Shown: positions 1 through 9,413 of the stretch, piece by piece
Position numbering within the stretch: position 1 is the first letter of the stretch
Layout: every line of letters begins with the position of its first letter
Assembly: GCA_943788175.1 (NCBI GenBank)
Contig: CALSPG010000005.1
Span: 352,001-416,000 of the forward strand
Direction: 5' to 3'
Source of the DNA: an uncultured bacterium
GTDB lineage: Bacteria > Fidelibacterota > Marinisomatia > Marinisomatales > UBA1611
DNA: 64,000 nt
Program-made: the position numbers and the translations under genes
The notes under the pieces: model-generated
Told to the model about the DNA's origin: nothing
Seen by the model: the letters and a program-made list of their open reading frames with translations, nothing else
The model's database searches: none

Positions 1-1
1 T

Positions 2-241
2 ACTGAATTATTTTCTTCTGATACAAAGTATGATTCTGGATGCGGTTGGCCTGCGTTTTATGAAGCTCTGCCTGACAAAATTGAAGAGACAGCGGATAAT
101 ACATTTGGTATGAAGCGTATAGAAATTACATGTGAAAACTGTGGGGGGCATTTAGGACATGTATTTAATGATGGCCCTCAGCCTTCTGGATTAAGGTACT
201 GCGTAAATTCAATCTCTTTAGATTTTAATTCAGAAAAGTAA
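2..241 (+). CDS. msrB: Peptide-methionine (R)-S-oxide reductase MsrB, 5'-truncated by window edge
   Basis: Hand translation of frame 2: [19 protein letters not shown]...[35 protein letters not shown]; stop TAA at 239-241. Confidence 0.95.
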   Translation, partial: TELFSSDTKYDSGCGWPAFYEALPDKIEETADNTFGMKRIEITCENCGGHLGHVFNDGPQPSGLRYCVNSISLDFNSEK

Positions 242-302
242 TTAAATAATTAAGTCACGACCATTCTAAAATTGATTTTTTATCGAGTCATAGCTTTAAA
301 TC

Positions 303-968
303 TTATCTATTTTTTTCATAATCCTTCATTCTGTTTTCAAAGTCATTTTTATCCTTGGCTTGTAGTAGTGGACTAATTTCAATATTTTTTCGAATGCTAA
401 TGCTTGGTACTTTGCCATAGTTATGGCCTGGATAGATAATCGTACTTTGAGGTAAGGTGAGTATGGTTTTATAAATTGAATTATATAAATCCTTCACATT
501 GCTGCCATTGCTTACCGTTCTTCCAGTCCTTCCAACAAACATTGTATCTCCTGTAAAAATTATATTTTCTAAATGAAAGCAGATAGAATCAAAGTAGTGC
601 CCAGGGGTGTGCAATATTTTAATATTTAATTTTCCTACTTTGACCGCTGAATTATGCATTGAAGGAAAATAATTATTTCCACTAATATTAAATTTTGATT
701 CAGGGTGGCCGACTATTTTTATCTCGGGATAGAGATCAATAAAATTTTTAATGTATTTTACATGATCATGATGCGAATGTGTTATAAAAATGGCTGATGG
801 TTTATCGCCTTGAGAAAGTTCTAAAATGCTTGGGTGTAAACTAGCATCAATAATTATTGACTTCGTAGTCTTTAAGCAAGTAAGTATATAAGAAAAGTTT
901 TTATCATATCCACCTTCGAAAGATTGGATCGAAAAGGTTGCTTTAAGTTTATTTATATTTTTACGCAT
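303..968 (-). CDS. MBL-fold metallo-hydrolase (glyoxalase II-like)
   Basis: THSHHDH, HTPGH, FTGD and YPGH metal-binding motifs. Confidence 0.9.
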   Translation of the reverse strand: MRKNINKLKATFSIQSFEGGYDKNFSYILTCLKTTKSIIIDASLHPSILELSQGDKPSAIFITHSHHDHVKYIKNFIDLYPEIKIVGHPESKFNISGNNYFPSMHNSAVKVGKLNIKILHTPGHYFDSICFHLENIIFTGDTMFVGRTGRTVSNGSNVKDLYNSIYKTILTLPQSTIIYPGHNYGKVPSISIRKNIEISPLLQAKDKNDFENRMKDYEKNR

Positions 969-1034
969 TCTTTAACTTATTTAAACTAATTTATTATACT
1001 AATTTGTCATATAATAAATTTACAAAATGAAAAT

Positions 1035-1208
1035 ATGAGTGATTATAATGAAAAACTTCCGTGGATATTAATCCTAGGGGGATGTGCAATCTTGGCTTTA
1101 CGCCTAATTGTAGCTTTATTTTCCAGTTTGAGTCTAATTGATTGGCTTGCCATTATTATAGTTTTTGCGGGATTAATTATGCTAATTCTGAACAATAACA
1201 ATAAATAA
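1035..1208 (+). CDS. Small two-TM membrane protein, 57 aa (not in ORF track)
   Basis: Hand translation MSDYNEKLPWILILGGCAILALRLIVALFSSLSLIDWLAIIIVFAGLIMLILNNNNK; fills the gap before the PPIase. Confidence 0.6.
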   Translation: MSDYNEKLPWILILGGCAILALRLIVALFSSLSLIDWLAIIIVFAGLIMLILNNNNK

Positions 1209-1256
1209 TTAATAGTTCATTTTTAAAAAAATAAACTCCTTAACAGAAAGAATCCA

Positions 1257-1985
1257 ATGAAAAATAAATTTTACATGAATCCATTTATTTTAATGACTTT
1301 TTTGATATTTTATACATCATGTAGTAGTGGTGGTGTTGACCAAAATCAAGATATTGCAATAAACATCGTTGATAGTGTTGATTCAATAAGCTACTCCATT
1401 GGAGCAGATATTGGAGATAACTTAATTACTCAAGGTATAGATATTAACTATGATGCTTTCTTAGGAGGATTTAAAAAGGGTTATGAAAAGAAAACACATC
1501 TATTAACTACCAATGAAAGAAAGCAACTTTTTAAAACAATGCAAGATCGTATGCGAGTAAAACAGCAAGCTGAATCTAAAAAAGCATTAGAAAAAGCAGA
1601 AAATTTTTTGAAGGATAATAAAGATCAAAATAAGGATATATTAGAAACAAAATCAGGACTTCAATATCGAATCGTAAGAAAAGGAGAGGGTAAGTCTCCA
1701 GACTCTTCTTCTGATCAAGTAAGAGTCAATTATGAAGGGAAATTAGTGGACGGTACAATTTTTGACAGCTCTTATGAAAAAGGGGAACCTTTCGTTACTA
1801 GATTGAACAGGGTTATCAAGGGATGGACAGAAGGTATCCAATTAATGAATGAAGGCTCTGAGTATGAGTTTTTTATCCACCCTAGACTAGCGTATGGTCC
1901 AAGACCAAATAATAATATTCCGGCAAATAGTGTTTTGATTTTTAAAGTGGAATTACAAAAAGTATTTGAGAAGAATATAAAATAA
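1257..1985 (+). CDS. FKBP-type peptidyl-prolyl isomerase (FkpA/Mip-like, possible lipoprotein)
   Basis: SYSIG N-domain; SGLQY, VNYEGKLVDGTIFDSS, VIKGWTEG, LAYG, IPANSVLIFKVEL. Confidence 0.93.
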   Translation: MKNKFYMNPFILMTFLIFYTSCSSGGVDQNQDIAINIVDSVDSISYSIGADIGDNLITQGIDINYDAFLGGFKKGYEKKTHLLTTNERKQLFKTMQDRMRVKQQAESKKALEKAENFLKDNKDQNKDILETKSGLQYRIVRKGEGKSPDSSSDQVRVNYEGKLVDGTIFDSSYEKGEPFVTRLNRVIKGWTEGIQLMNEGSEYEFFIHPRLAYGPRPNNNIPANSVLIFKVELQKVFEKNIK

Positions 1986-2002
1986 AAAGTCTTTTTAGAT
2001 AG

Positions 2003-2076
2003 TACCCCGGACAGGATTCGAACCTGTGGCCTCCGGATTAGAAATCCGATGCTCTATCCAGCTGAGCTACCGGGGC
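2003..2076 (-). tRNA. tRNA-Arg(TCT); CCA not encoded
   Basis: Reverse complement GCCCCGGTAGCTCAGCTGGATAGAGCATCGGATTTCTAATCCGGAGGCCACAGGTTCGAATCCTGTCCGGGGTA folds as a cloverleaf; anticodon TCT. Confidence 0.95.
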
Positions 2077-2178
2077 ATAATATCGAAAAAATTTGATGCC
2101 TTAAATTACTTTATGAATTAGACTTTTTCGAATGAAATATTAGCTTATTTTCTCGACGAGGTCTCCTCGATAAAAATC

Positions 2179-2208
2179 TTGACATGAACCTTTAAAATTT
2201 CGTACTAT
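2179..2208 (+). promoter_or_regulatory. Sigma70-like promoter for the 76-aa gene
   Basis: TTGACA (2179-2184), 18-nt spacer, TACTAT (2203-2208); GGAGG at 2274-2278 before ATG 2284. Confidence 0.7.
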
Positions 2209-2283
2209 TAATAGGCAGATGGAGTGAGATTTTACTCTAACCACTACCATAAAAAACAAATCAAATAATAATCGGAGGCTTTA

Positions 2284-2514
2284 ATGGCTGAAAAAGTAAA
2301 AAATACAGGTGTATCTAAAGAAAAAGGATACCTATACTATCTTGATAAAGAAGGCGATGTATCTCGTTCGCAAATGGCTCGTGCTGGTAAGGGCGGTGGG
2401 AATGCTGAAAAAGTTTCTACAGCTGGTGTTACCAGAGAGTCTGGTTTTCTATATTTTATTGATAAAGATGGTGATGTCTCAAGATCACCAATGGCCAGAG
2501 GTCGTAAGAAATAG
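2284..2514 (+). CDS. Small basic protein built from two 39-aa repeats, function unknown
   Basis: AEKVxxxGVxxExGxLYxxDKxGDVSRSxMAR occurs twice, 117 nt apart; has its own promoter, SD and terminator. Confidence 0.88.
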   Translation: MAEKVKNTGVSKEKGYLYYLDKEGDVSRSQMARAGKGGGNAEKVSTAGVTRESGFLYFIDKDGDVSRSPMARGRKK

Positions 2515-2525
2515 AATATGTTCTT

Positions 2526-2557
2526 AAAAAAAGCCCTCATATGAGGGCTTTTTTTTT
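2526..2557. terminator. Intrinsic terminator (symmetric palindrome)
   Basis: AAAAAAAGCCCTCATATGAGGGCTTTTTTTTT. Confidence 0.88.
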
Positions 2558-2619
2558 GTCTTTGCGTATTCATTAAATGTTTTAAATTCTGTGAAGAAAT
2601 TTATTAGATATATAAAATA

Positions 2620-3426
2620 ATGAAATTAAAACATAAAATATTCATACTAACCGCTTCTGCATTACTTTTGTATCCTTTTTCTTCTTTAAAGGCAGAAGAC
2701 CAATTGTTTGGTGGTAAGGAAAAAGATTCTGATTCTAAGAATAAAGCATCCAAACAGATGGTCCAGGAAGAAGCTCCAATTATGGAGATGCCTAAAATTT
2801 TACCACCCATTAGTCGCAATAAGATAGAGTCAGTCATACCTGTAAAAAGGTTACCTGATGGCTGGGTTTTTAGGGACGAGTTGCTTGCTCCGTGGTCAAC
2901 AAGTTTGCCGGCAGTATTAACGATTGTTCCAGACACCACTGTTGAAGTTGTCTATACGGATGAATCTCGTACGACAAAAGATGGTATAGTCTTACCAATC
3001 AAGAGAGCGACTGTTGAGTTTAACTATGTGACGCGTTTAACAATAGAAAGAATTACTCTCGGTTTTGTTAATATTGATTATGTGTACAGTACAACTAACA
3101 ATAGTGATTCGCATTACATACTTGAAAGTGTTGTTAAAAAAATAAAATTGAAAGATACTGGTTTCCCGCAGCTTACAGCTGAAGATGTTATTAAACATAA
3201 AGTCCTCATGGAATATGGTACCCCAAAGGAATATGACGGAGTTTGGCATAATTATGGAGATGAAAATTCAATCTTTAGAGTAAGAAAACTAGATGAACGA
3301 AATGTTAAAGTCGAGGTTGATGGTTTAACCATTGCGGATAAGCTTAATAAAGCGATTGAAGATGTTTATTCTCAGCAGGGTATCGAATATAAGAAGCGTT
3401 TAATGATGGATGGTATTGACCTGTAA
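2620..3426 (+). CDS. Hypothetical exported protein
   Basis: 268-aa ORF with signal peptide (MKLKHKIFILTASALLLYPFSSLKA); no family recognised. Confidence 0.75.
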   Translation: MKLKHKIFILTASALLLYPFSSLKAEDQLFGGKEKDSDSKNKASKQMVQEEAPIMEMPKILPPISRNKIESVIPVKRLPDGWVFRDELLAPWSTSLPAVLTIVPDTTVEVVYTDESRTTKDGIVLPIKRATVEFNYVTRLTIERITLGFVNIDYVYSTTNNSDSHYILESVVKKIKLKDTGFPQLTAEDVIKHKVLMEYGTPKEYDGVWHNYGDENSIFRVRKLDERNVKVEVDGLTIADKLNKAIEDVYSQQGIEYKKRLMMDGIDL

Positions 3427-3455
3427 ATTTTTGAAATTTAGAAATGATTATACTG

Positions 3456-3483
3456 AAAGGCCTGCGATGACAGGCCTTTTTTT
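3456..3483 (+). terminator. Terminator-like hairpin containing the next gene's probable ATG
   Basis: AAAGGCCTG-CGATGA-CAGGCCTTT followed by a T run. Confidence 0.65.
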
Positions 3484-4714
3484 ATTATTATATTTAATAC
3501 TTAGCTCAATTGTTTTTTCTGCTAATTATAAACCAAAAATAACAAATATTGATGTTATTGGTTTGGATAAAACTTTGCAATATGTTGTGGAGAGGGAAAT
3601 CCATCATTCTTTGGATGTCCACATAGATTCAAGCATTGCAAACCTCGATAGGAATCGAATATTTAATTTGGGGCTTTTTGAAGATGTCGCTTGGCGTTTA
3701 GTTCCTCTTGAAAATGGTGATGCAGTCTTACAGTATATTATGGTTGAATCAATAAATAAAACTCCGCCACTATTATTTCCTAGTTATGATGAAGAAAAAG
3801 GATGGTCATTAAATTCTCTATTAATGATTAAAAACTTGCAAGGTAGAAATCGAACTCTTGAAGTTTTTGCAGGTTTTGGTGGTCAACAAAAAATCCAATT
3901 ATTATTCAGTGATCCATGGTTGTTTGGTGATCATATTTCAATATCCACTTATTTAGAAAAAAATTCATATGATCACCTTTTTTTAGATAGAAGTATAAAT
4001 ATAAGTAGCATAAAAATAAGCATTGGGAAATGGTACGGAGAAAAAATAAAGCTAAGGTTTTCTCCTGCTTTGATTAATAAAAGTTTTACAAACAGTATAA
4101 ATACATTGACCTACAAGTTCTTTATCCCAGAGTTAAAAATAGAGATAGATACTAGAGACATTTTTTGGAACCCAACAAAAGGTTCTAGAATTATACAATC
4201 AATTATTCCAATGTTAGGCAATAATAAGTTTATTGTATGGAATCAATCTTATAGTTTTTTCCTACCTGCACTTAAAAATATAGTTTTAGGAATGAACACA
4301 ACAATACAAAGAAAAATTGGTCATAAAAATGATGTATGGTTAAACTATTTTGGTAATTCTTATAATATTAGAGGTTGGAATCTGCCTGATAAAAATGAAT
4401 CTTTTAATAATTATCGTTTTGGGCATGAGTTCCTATTTTCAAGTTTTGAATTAAGAAAGCTTTTTTTTAATAAGAATGGAGCTTGGTTTGGCTTCAAAAA
4501 GGGCATAGGTATTGTTGCATTTACTGATATCGGAGCTATTAACAAGAATTGGAAATCTATATCCAGAGATACTATGCTTGGAGGAGCAGGGTTTGGAATT
4601 AGATTACCGGTACCGATTCTTCAATCTGTTAGAATAGATTTAGGTTGGGGATTTAAAAATAAGAAATTTAATAAGAATTTTAACTTGCATTTTGCAGTTC
4701 AACAAAAATTCTAA
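3467..4714 (+). CDS. Omp85 (BamA/TamA-like) outer-membrane protein, one POTRA plus barrel
   Basis: POTRA-like ITNIDVIGLDKTLQYVVEREI...RIFNLGLF; IRGW loop motif; GAGFGIR...VRIDLGWG; C-terminal F; start moved from 3410 to ATG 3467 to give a signal peptide. Confidence 0.82.
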   Translation: MTGLFLLLYLILSSIVFSANYKPKITNIDVIGLDKTLQYVVEREIHHSLDVHIDSSIANLDRNRIFNLGLFEDVAWRLVPLENGDAVLQYIMVESINKTPPLLFPSYDEEKGWSLNSLLMIKNLQGRNRTLEVFAGFGGQQKIQLLFSDPWLFGDHISISTYLEKNSYDHLFLDRSINISSIKISIGKWYGEKIKLRFSPALINKSFTNSINTLTYKFFIPELKIEIDTRDIFWNPTKGSRIIQSIIPMLGNNKFIVWNQSYSFFLPALKNIVLGMNTTIQRKIGHKNDVWLNYFGNSYNIRGWNLPDKNESFNNYRFGHEFLFSSFELRKLFFNKNGAWFGFKKGIGIVAFTDIGAINKNWKSISRDTMLGGAGFGIRLPVPILQSVRIDLGWGFKNKKFNKNFNLHFAVQQKF

Positions 4715-4814
4715 CACGATATATTATTAGAATTATAAATTACGTTAAATAGGAAAGCTTGTGGCGTATAAAAAAAGGCTAAGAGATTTATGAAGTTGGT
4801 TAGCGGTTGTCGTT

Positions 4815-5738
4815 TTAAGACTTCGGTTGCATATAAACTACAATTAGACTTGCAACAAATATACTAGAATAAGTTCCAACCAGCACTCCAATAATCAATG
4901 CAAAGGAGAAAGAGTGTATTACTTCACCGCCAAAGAAATAAAGTACAAGGACCACAAATAAGGTAGTCATAGAAGTGACAATAGTACGACTTAAAGATTC
5001 ATTGATACTTCTGTTGACAGTATCAATAATGGATCCTCTTTTTAGAGTTTTTAGGTTCTCTCGGATTCTATCAAATATCACAATTGTGTCATTGAGTGAA
5101 TAGCCAACAATTGTAAGAAAAGCTGCAATAACTGATAGTGAAATTTCATAACCAAGTATTGAAAAAATGCCCAGAGTAATAATTACATCATGAGCTATTG
5201 CAGCTATAGCTCCAATAGCAAAAATGAATTCAAATCTCAAGGATATATATATAAGTATTAAAGACAGAGCGTAAATAATTGCCATAATTGCTTTCGCGCT
5301 AAGCTCAGAACCGACTTTAGGACTAATTTTATCTTTTGATAAGACGAAGTCTTTTTTGTCTTCTGGAAGTGAATTTGGGTAGATTGTTTTTAAAACTTCA
5401 ATTACATCTCTAGAAAAATTTTCTGGCTCGTTTTCAAGTTCAGCAATTCGCAAAGCGACGCTAGAAGTGTTACCAAAGTGTTTTATTTCAGATGAGCCAA
5501 AATCAAATTTTTGGCCATTAATATTAATATCACTTAATTTAGACCTGAATTCGTTAATATTGACTGGTTTGGTATATTTAACTGCTATTAATGTCCCTCC
5601 TTTAAAGTCGATACTTAACTTTGGTCCATTATTTATTATTAATGAAAAAATTCCTGCTAAAACTAATGCACTAGAAAGTAAAACAGTTAATTTTGAATTA
5701 TTGATGAAATCAATATTTGAGTTTTTAATAATCTGCAT
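4815..5738 (-). CDS. secF: Protein translocase subunit SecF
   Basis: SIDFKGG, HDVIIT, VGYSLNDTIVIFDRIRE, GTYSSIFVA. Confidence 0.97.
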   Translation of the reverse strand: MQIIKNSNIDFINNSKLTVLLSSALVLAGIFSLIINNGPKLSIDFKGGTLIAVKYTKPVNINEFRSKLSDININGQKFDFGSSEIKHFGNTSSVALRIAELENEPENFSRDVIEVLKTIYPNSLPEDKKDFVLSKDKISPKVGSELSAKAIMAIIYALSLILIYISLRFEFIFAIGAIAAIAHDVIITLGIFSILGYEISLSVIAAFLTIVGYSLNDTIVIFDRIRENLKTLKRGSIIDTVNRSINESLSRTIVTSMTTLFVVLVLYFFGGEVIHSFSFALIIGVLVGTYSSIFVASLIVVYMQPKS

Positions 5739-7634
5739 TTATATACTTAAAGTTTTGATTGATTTTTTGGTTATTGTATAAAAAATAGTTCGTGTAACAT
5801 AAACAGCAGTAAACATACTTATTAATATCCCCCAGAAAAGTACCGTAGCAAATCCTTTAATGGGACCAGTTCCGAATTGGTATAATACTAATGAAGCAAT
5901 AACAGTAGTTAAGTTTGCATCAATTATAGTTGTAATAGCTCTATTATATCCCGCTTCTATAGCTGACTTAGGTGTCTTACCTTTGCGTAGTTCTTCGCGT
6001 ATTCTTTCAAAAATAATAACATTAGAATCAATGCACATTCCTACTGTAAGGATTAATCCTGCAATGCCAGGTAAAGTTAATGTCGCGCCTAATGATGCTA
6101 ATACAGCTAAAATAAGAACAATATTCCAAATCAATGCGAAATTTGCAATCGCCCCTGCCGCTCTATAGTAAATGAGCATAAAAATAAAAACGACTCCAAG
6201 GCCAATGAGAATAGATTTTTGACCTCTAGCAATAGAGTCTGCTCCTAGACTTGGGCCGACAGTTCTTTCTTCAATAATGTTGACGGGTGCTGGCAGAGCA
6301 CCAGCTCTTAAAATAATTGCTATATCCTTAGCTTCATTTATGTCAGCAAACCCTTCAATTTGAGTTCTCCCTCCAGGGATTTTTTCTCTAATGTTTGGAG
6401 CCATATGAACTTTGTTATCAAGTACTATGGCAATGCGCTGTCCAATATTTGCACCTGTTACTCTGGACCAAGTTTTTGAACCTTCACTATTCATATCGAG
6501 TGATACTACAGGTAAACCTGCGCTTCCGCCACCAAGACTACCCAAGTTTGCCTTTGCTTTTTCCACAACACCGCCAGTTAGTTCTGGAACAGTTTCTAAG
6601 TAATAAAGTCTGAAATATTCTCCTGAGGCTCCTAGCGATTCAGAGTCATTACCAAAAACAAACTGTCCTGAAGATGATTTAAGCTTTAGTTTGGCTGTCT
6701 CTTCAGATAATAACTTTTTTAAAGCGTAAACATTTTTTGATTTCACAACCAGATCGCCTTGAACAAATTCTATTAATGACTGCAACGGTGAATCAAGTGA
6801 AAGGTCAGATTCTCCGCCCAAATTGTCAGAGTTAGAGTCAGTTGTTTCTCCAAAAATCTCATCAACTGTTGTAACATTGTTTTCTGATTGGTTGGAGTCC
6901 TTGGTTGGCTTTTTGTCAAGTTTAGATTCAGAGATAAGTATCTCTAATTCTTCTTCGCTAACTGACTTTTTCAAAATATTGTCTAGCTGAGAAATTATTT
7001 CATTTGTAGAAGCAATGTTTTTAACTAAATAAAATTCAAGTAAAGCGGTACTCTGTAACAGTGCTCTAGCTCTTTCAGAATCTTGAATACCCGCCAGTTC
7101 AACTAAAATTCTATATTTACCTTGCTTTTGGATTGTAGGTTCAGAAACACCAAACTGATCTATTCTGTTTTGTAATATTTCTAATACTCTGTTAATTGAA
7201 TCTTCTGTCTCATCTTCAATTGCTGCAATGATATCTTCGAGGTTGGAACCATATTCATGATAATACCGGACCACCTTAATATCACTATTGGCAATTTTTT
7301 CACGAAAAATATTAAAAAAGTTTTCTCCCCTATTTAATTTAAACTCATTTGTTATTTCTTCAATTAGGTTATCAAATTTTTCATTACGATTTGAAGCAAG
7401 ACTTTTAACTAATGTGGGAATATCTGTTTCTAATAGAATATACATGCCGCCTTTAAGGTCAAGTCCTTGACGTATGATACGAGATTCTATTTGAGCTAAG
7501 TTTCCTTGCTCTCTTAACAACTCTTTTTCTTCTGCATCTAAATTTTGGTATTTTATAGATGGCCATAGAGAGTAAAAAGACCAGCCAAGAAGGACCATGA
7601 TGACTATGTATCTGGGTGTTAAACTATTTTTCAA
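5739..7634 (-). CDS. secD: Protein translocase subunit SecD (TTG start)
   Basis: GLDLKGG, RIDQFGVSEP, GALPAP, VGPSLG, IDSNVIIFERIREE, GPIKGFA. Confidence 0.97.
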   Translation of the reverse strand: MKNSLTPRYIVIMVLLGWSFYSLWPSIKYQNLDAEEKELLREQGNLAQIESRIIRQGLDLKGGMYILLETDIPTLVKSLASNRNEKFDNLIEEITNEFKLNRGENFFNIFREKIANSDIKVVRYYHEYGSNLEDIIAAIEDETEDSINRVLEILQNRIDQFGVSEPTIQKQGKYRILVELAGIQDSERARALLQSTALLEFYLVKNIASTNEIISQLDNILKKSVSEEELEILISESKLDKKPTKDSNQSENNVTTVDEIFGETTDSNSDNLGGESDLSLDSPLQSLIEFVQGDLVVKSKNVYALKKLLSEETAKLKLKSSSGQFVFGNDSESLGASGEYFRLYYLETVPELTGGVVEKAKANLGSLGGGSAGLPVVSLDMNSEGSKTWSRVTGANIGQRIAIVLDNKVHMAPNIREKIPGGRTQIEGFADINEAKDIAIILRAGALPAPVNIIEERTVGPSLGADSIARGQKSILIGLGVVFIFMLIYYRAAGAIANFALIWNIVLILAVLASLGATLTLPGIAGLILTVGMCIDSNVIIFERIREELRKGKTPKSAIEAGYNRAITTIIDANLTTVIASLVLYQFGTGPIKGFATVLFWGILISMFTAVYVTRTIFYTITKKSIKTLSI

Positions 7635-7796
7635 TTTTTATCTATATTTGTTTAAATGTTGATTTAAGAGCGGAAATTTAACTTTGGACAAGGCTTAGAG
7701 CAACATAACATATTCATTTTTATTTAGCGGTATACTTTCTTAAATACATTTTTTTGCAAATTAATAAGAATTAATTTAGACGCTATCTATTTAATC

Positions 7797-8561
7797 ATGG
7801 GAAAAGTTTTATCATTTATAAATCAAAAAGGTGGAGTTGGAAAAACAACTTCGGCTGTCAATGTTGGGCTTAGTCTAGCTGTATCAGAAATAAAAACGCT
7901 GATAGTAGATTTAGACCCTCAAGCAAATGCTACGATTGGTTTATCTGATTTAACTAAAAAATCAGATAAAAACATTTATGATGTTTTGATAAATGAAACT
8001 GATATTACTGATGCAATTGTAAAAACGACATTTCCTTGCTTAGATGTTGTGCCCTCTACAAATGATTTAGTTGGCGCTGAGATAGAACTGGTAAATATTA
8101 TGGCTAGGGAGTATCAATTAAAAACAGCGTTAAAAAAAATTGTACGTAAATATGATGTCATAATTTTAGACTGTCCCCCATCCCTGGGGTTGTTAACTAT
8201 TAATGCTTTGACCTCCTCTCATGCTATTATTATTCCAATACAGTGTGAGTACTATGCCTTAGAGGGATTAAGTCAACTTTTAAACACCTTTAGATTAGTA
8301 CAGCGACACCTAAATAAAAAACTTGTAATCGGTGGTGTTTTAATGACAATGTATGATAGTAGATTGAATTTGTCTAAACAAGTAGTTCAAGAAGTTAAAA
8401 GCTATTTTAAAGAAAAATTATTTAAAACATTAATTTACCGTAATGTAAAATTAAGTGAAGCGCCCAGTTTTGGAAAGCCTGCGTTACTTTATGACGCGAG
8501 CTCAAATGGAGCAAAAAACTATCTAAGTCTTACAGAGGAGATATTACAGCGTGTCATCTAA
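7797..8561 (+). CDS. parA: ParA/Soj ATPase
   Basis: NQKGGVGKTT, DLDPQAN, DCPPSLG, EAPSFG. Confidence 0.96.
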   Translation: MGKVLSFINQKGGVGKTTSAVNVGLSLAVSEIKTLIVDLDPQANATIGLSDLTKKSDKNIYDVLINETDITDAIVKTTFPCLDVVPSTNDLVGAEIELVNIMAREYQLKTALKKIVRKYDVIILDCPPSLGLLTINALTSSHAIIIPIQCEYYALEGLSQLLNTFRLVQRHLNKKLVIGGVLMTMYDSRLNLSKQVVQEVKSYFKEKLFKTLIYRNVKLSEAPSFGKPALLYDASSNGAKNYLSLTEEILQRVI

Positions 8562-9408
8562 AAGATTAGGAAAAGGTATTAATGCAATAATTAATACGAA
8601 CTCTAAAAAAGGTGAAAAAACCATCAGTGCACCAGGTGTAAGTAAAATACAACTAAAAGATATTAAGCCAAATCCTGACCAACCAAGACGAGACTTTAAT
8701 GAAAAGTCTTTAGATGAATTATGCTCTTCTATTAAAGAGAAAGGTATTATCACCCCGATTACAGTTAGAGAGCATGCCGGGACTTATGAAATCATTGCTG
8801 GAGAAAGAAGGTGGCGAGCAGCAAAAAAGGCAAAGCTTCGCTCTGTTCCTGCGTATGTTATTAATATTAAAAATGCGTCTGAAATGATGGAAGTTGCTCT
8901 CATTGAAAACATTCAAAGAGAGAATTTAAACCCTATTGAAGAAGCTGAAGGTTATGCGATTTTGAATAGTCAGCATAATTTATCCCATGATGACATCGCT
9001 AAAACAATTGGTAAAAAGCGAACTACTGTTTCTAATGCTCTTCGCCTACTTAAGCTCCCGCCAGAAATTCGTAAAAGCATACGGAATGGAAAGATTTCTG
9101 CTGGCCATGGTAGGGCTATACTTCAGAAAAAATCTGTTCCAGCTATGGAAAATTTATGGAAAAAAATTATTAATGATTCGTTAAGTGTTAGAGCAGCTGA
9201 AGCACTTGTAAAACCTAAGCTTAAAACAAGAGTTGTAAAAAAAATAAAAATTCATAAGGCTCCTGCTCGCGCAATTGAAAATCAGTTGGTCGAGATTTTT
9301 GGAACAAAAGTAAAATTGAAGCCCGCTCAGGTTGGAGGGTCGATAGAAATAACCTACTTTTCAGATGATGATTTGGAGAGAATTATTGATCTTCTTCAGT
9401 CACTATAA
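8551..9408 (+). CDS. parB: ParB/Spo0J partition protein
   Basis: RLGKG N-terminal peptide, PNPDQPR, IIAGERRWRA, ENIQRENLNPIEEA, HTH. Confidence 0.96.
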   Translation: MSSKRLGKGINAIINTNSKKGEKTISAPGVSKIQLKDIKPNPDQPRRDFNEKSLDELCSSIKEKGIITPITVREHAGTYEIIAGERRWRAAKKAKLRSVPAYVINIKNASEMMEVALIENIQRENLNPIEEAEGYAILNSQHNLSHDDIAKTIGKKRTTVSNALRLLKLPPEIRKSIRNGKISAGHGRAILQKKSVPAMENLWKKIINDSLSVRAAEALVKPKLKTRVVKKIKIHKAPARAIENQLVEIFGTKVKLKPAQVGGSIEITYFSDDDLERIIDLLQSL

Positions 9409-9413
9409 TTTTT

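Noticed and set aside
2309-2939. Alternative-frame and antisense ORFs (2309-2527, 2337-2573, 2604-2939) and similar short overlapping ORFs across the window
   Set aside because: They overlap better-supported genes and have no recognisable motifs.
4723-4750. dif-like site (TTACGTTAAAT resembles an XerD arm)
   Set aside because: The XerC arm and spacer length fit poorly, the context is AT-rich, and it lies close to parAB, which is usually origin-proximal.
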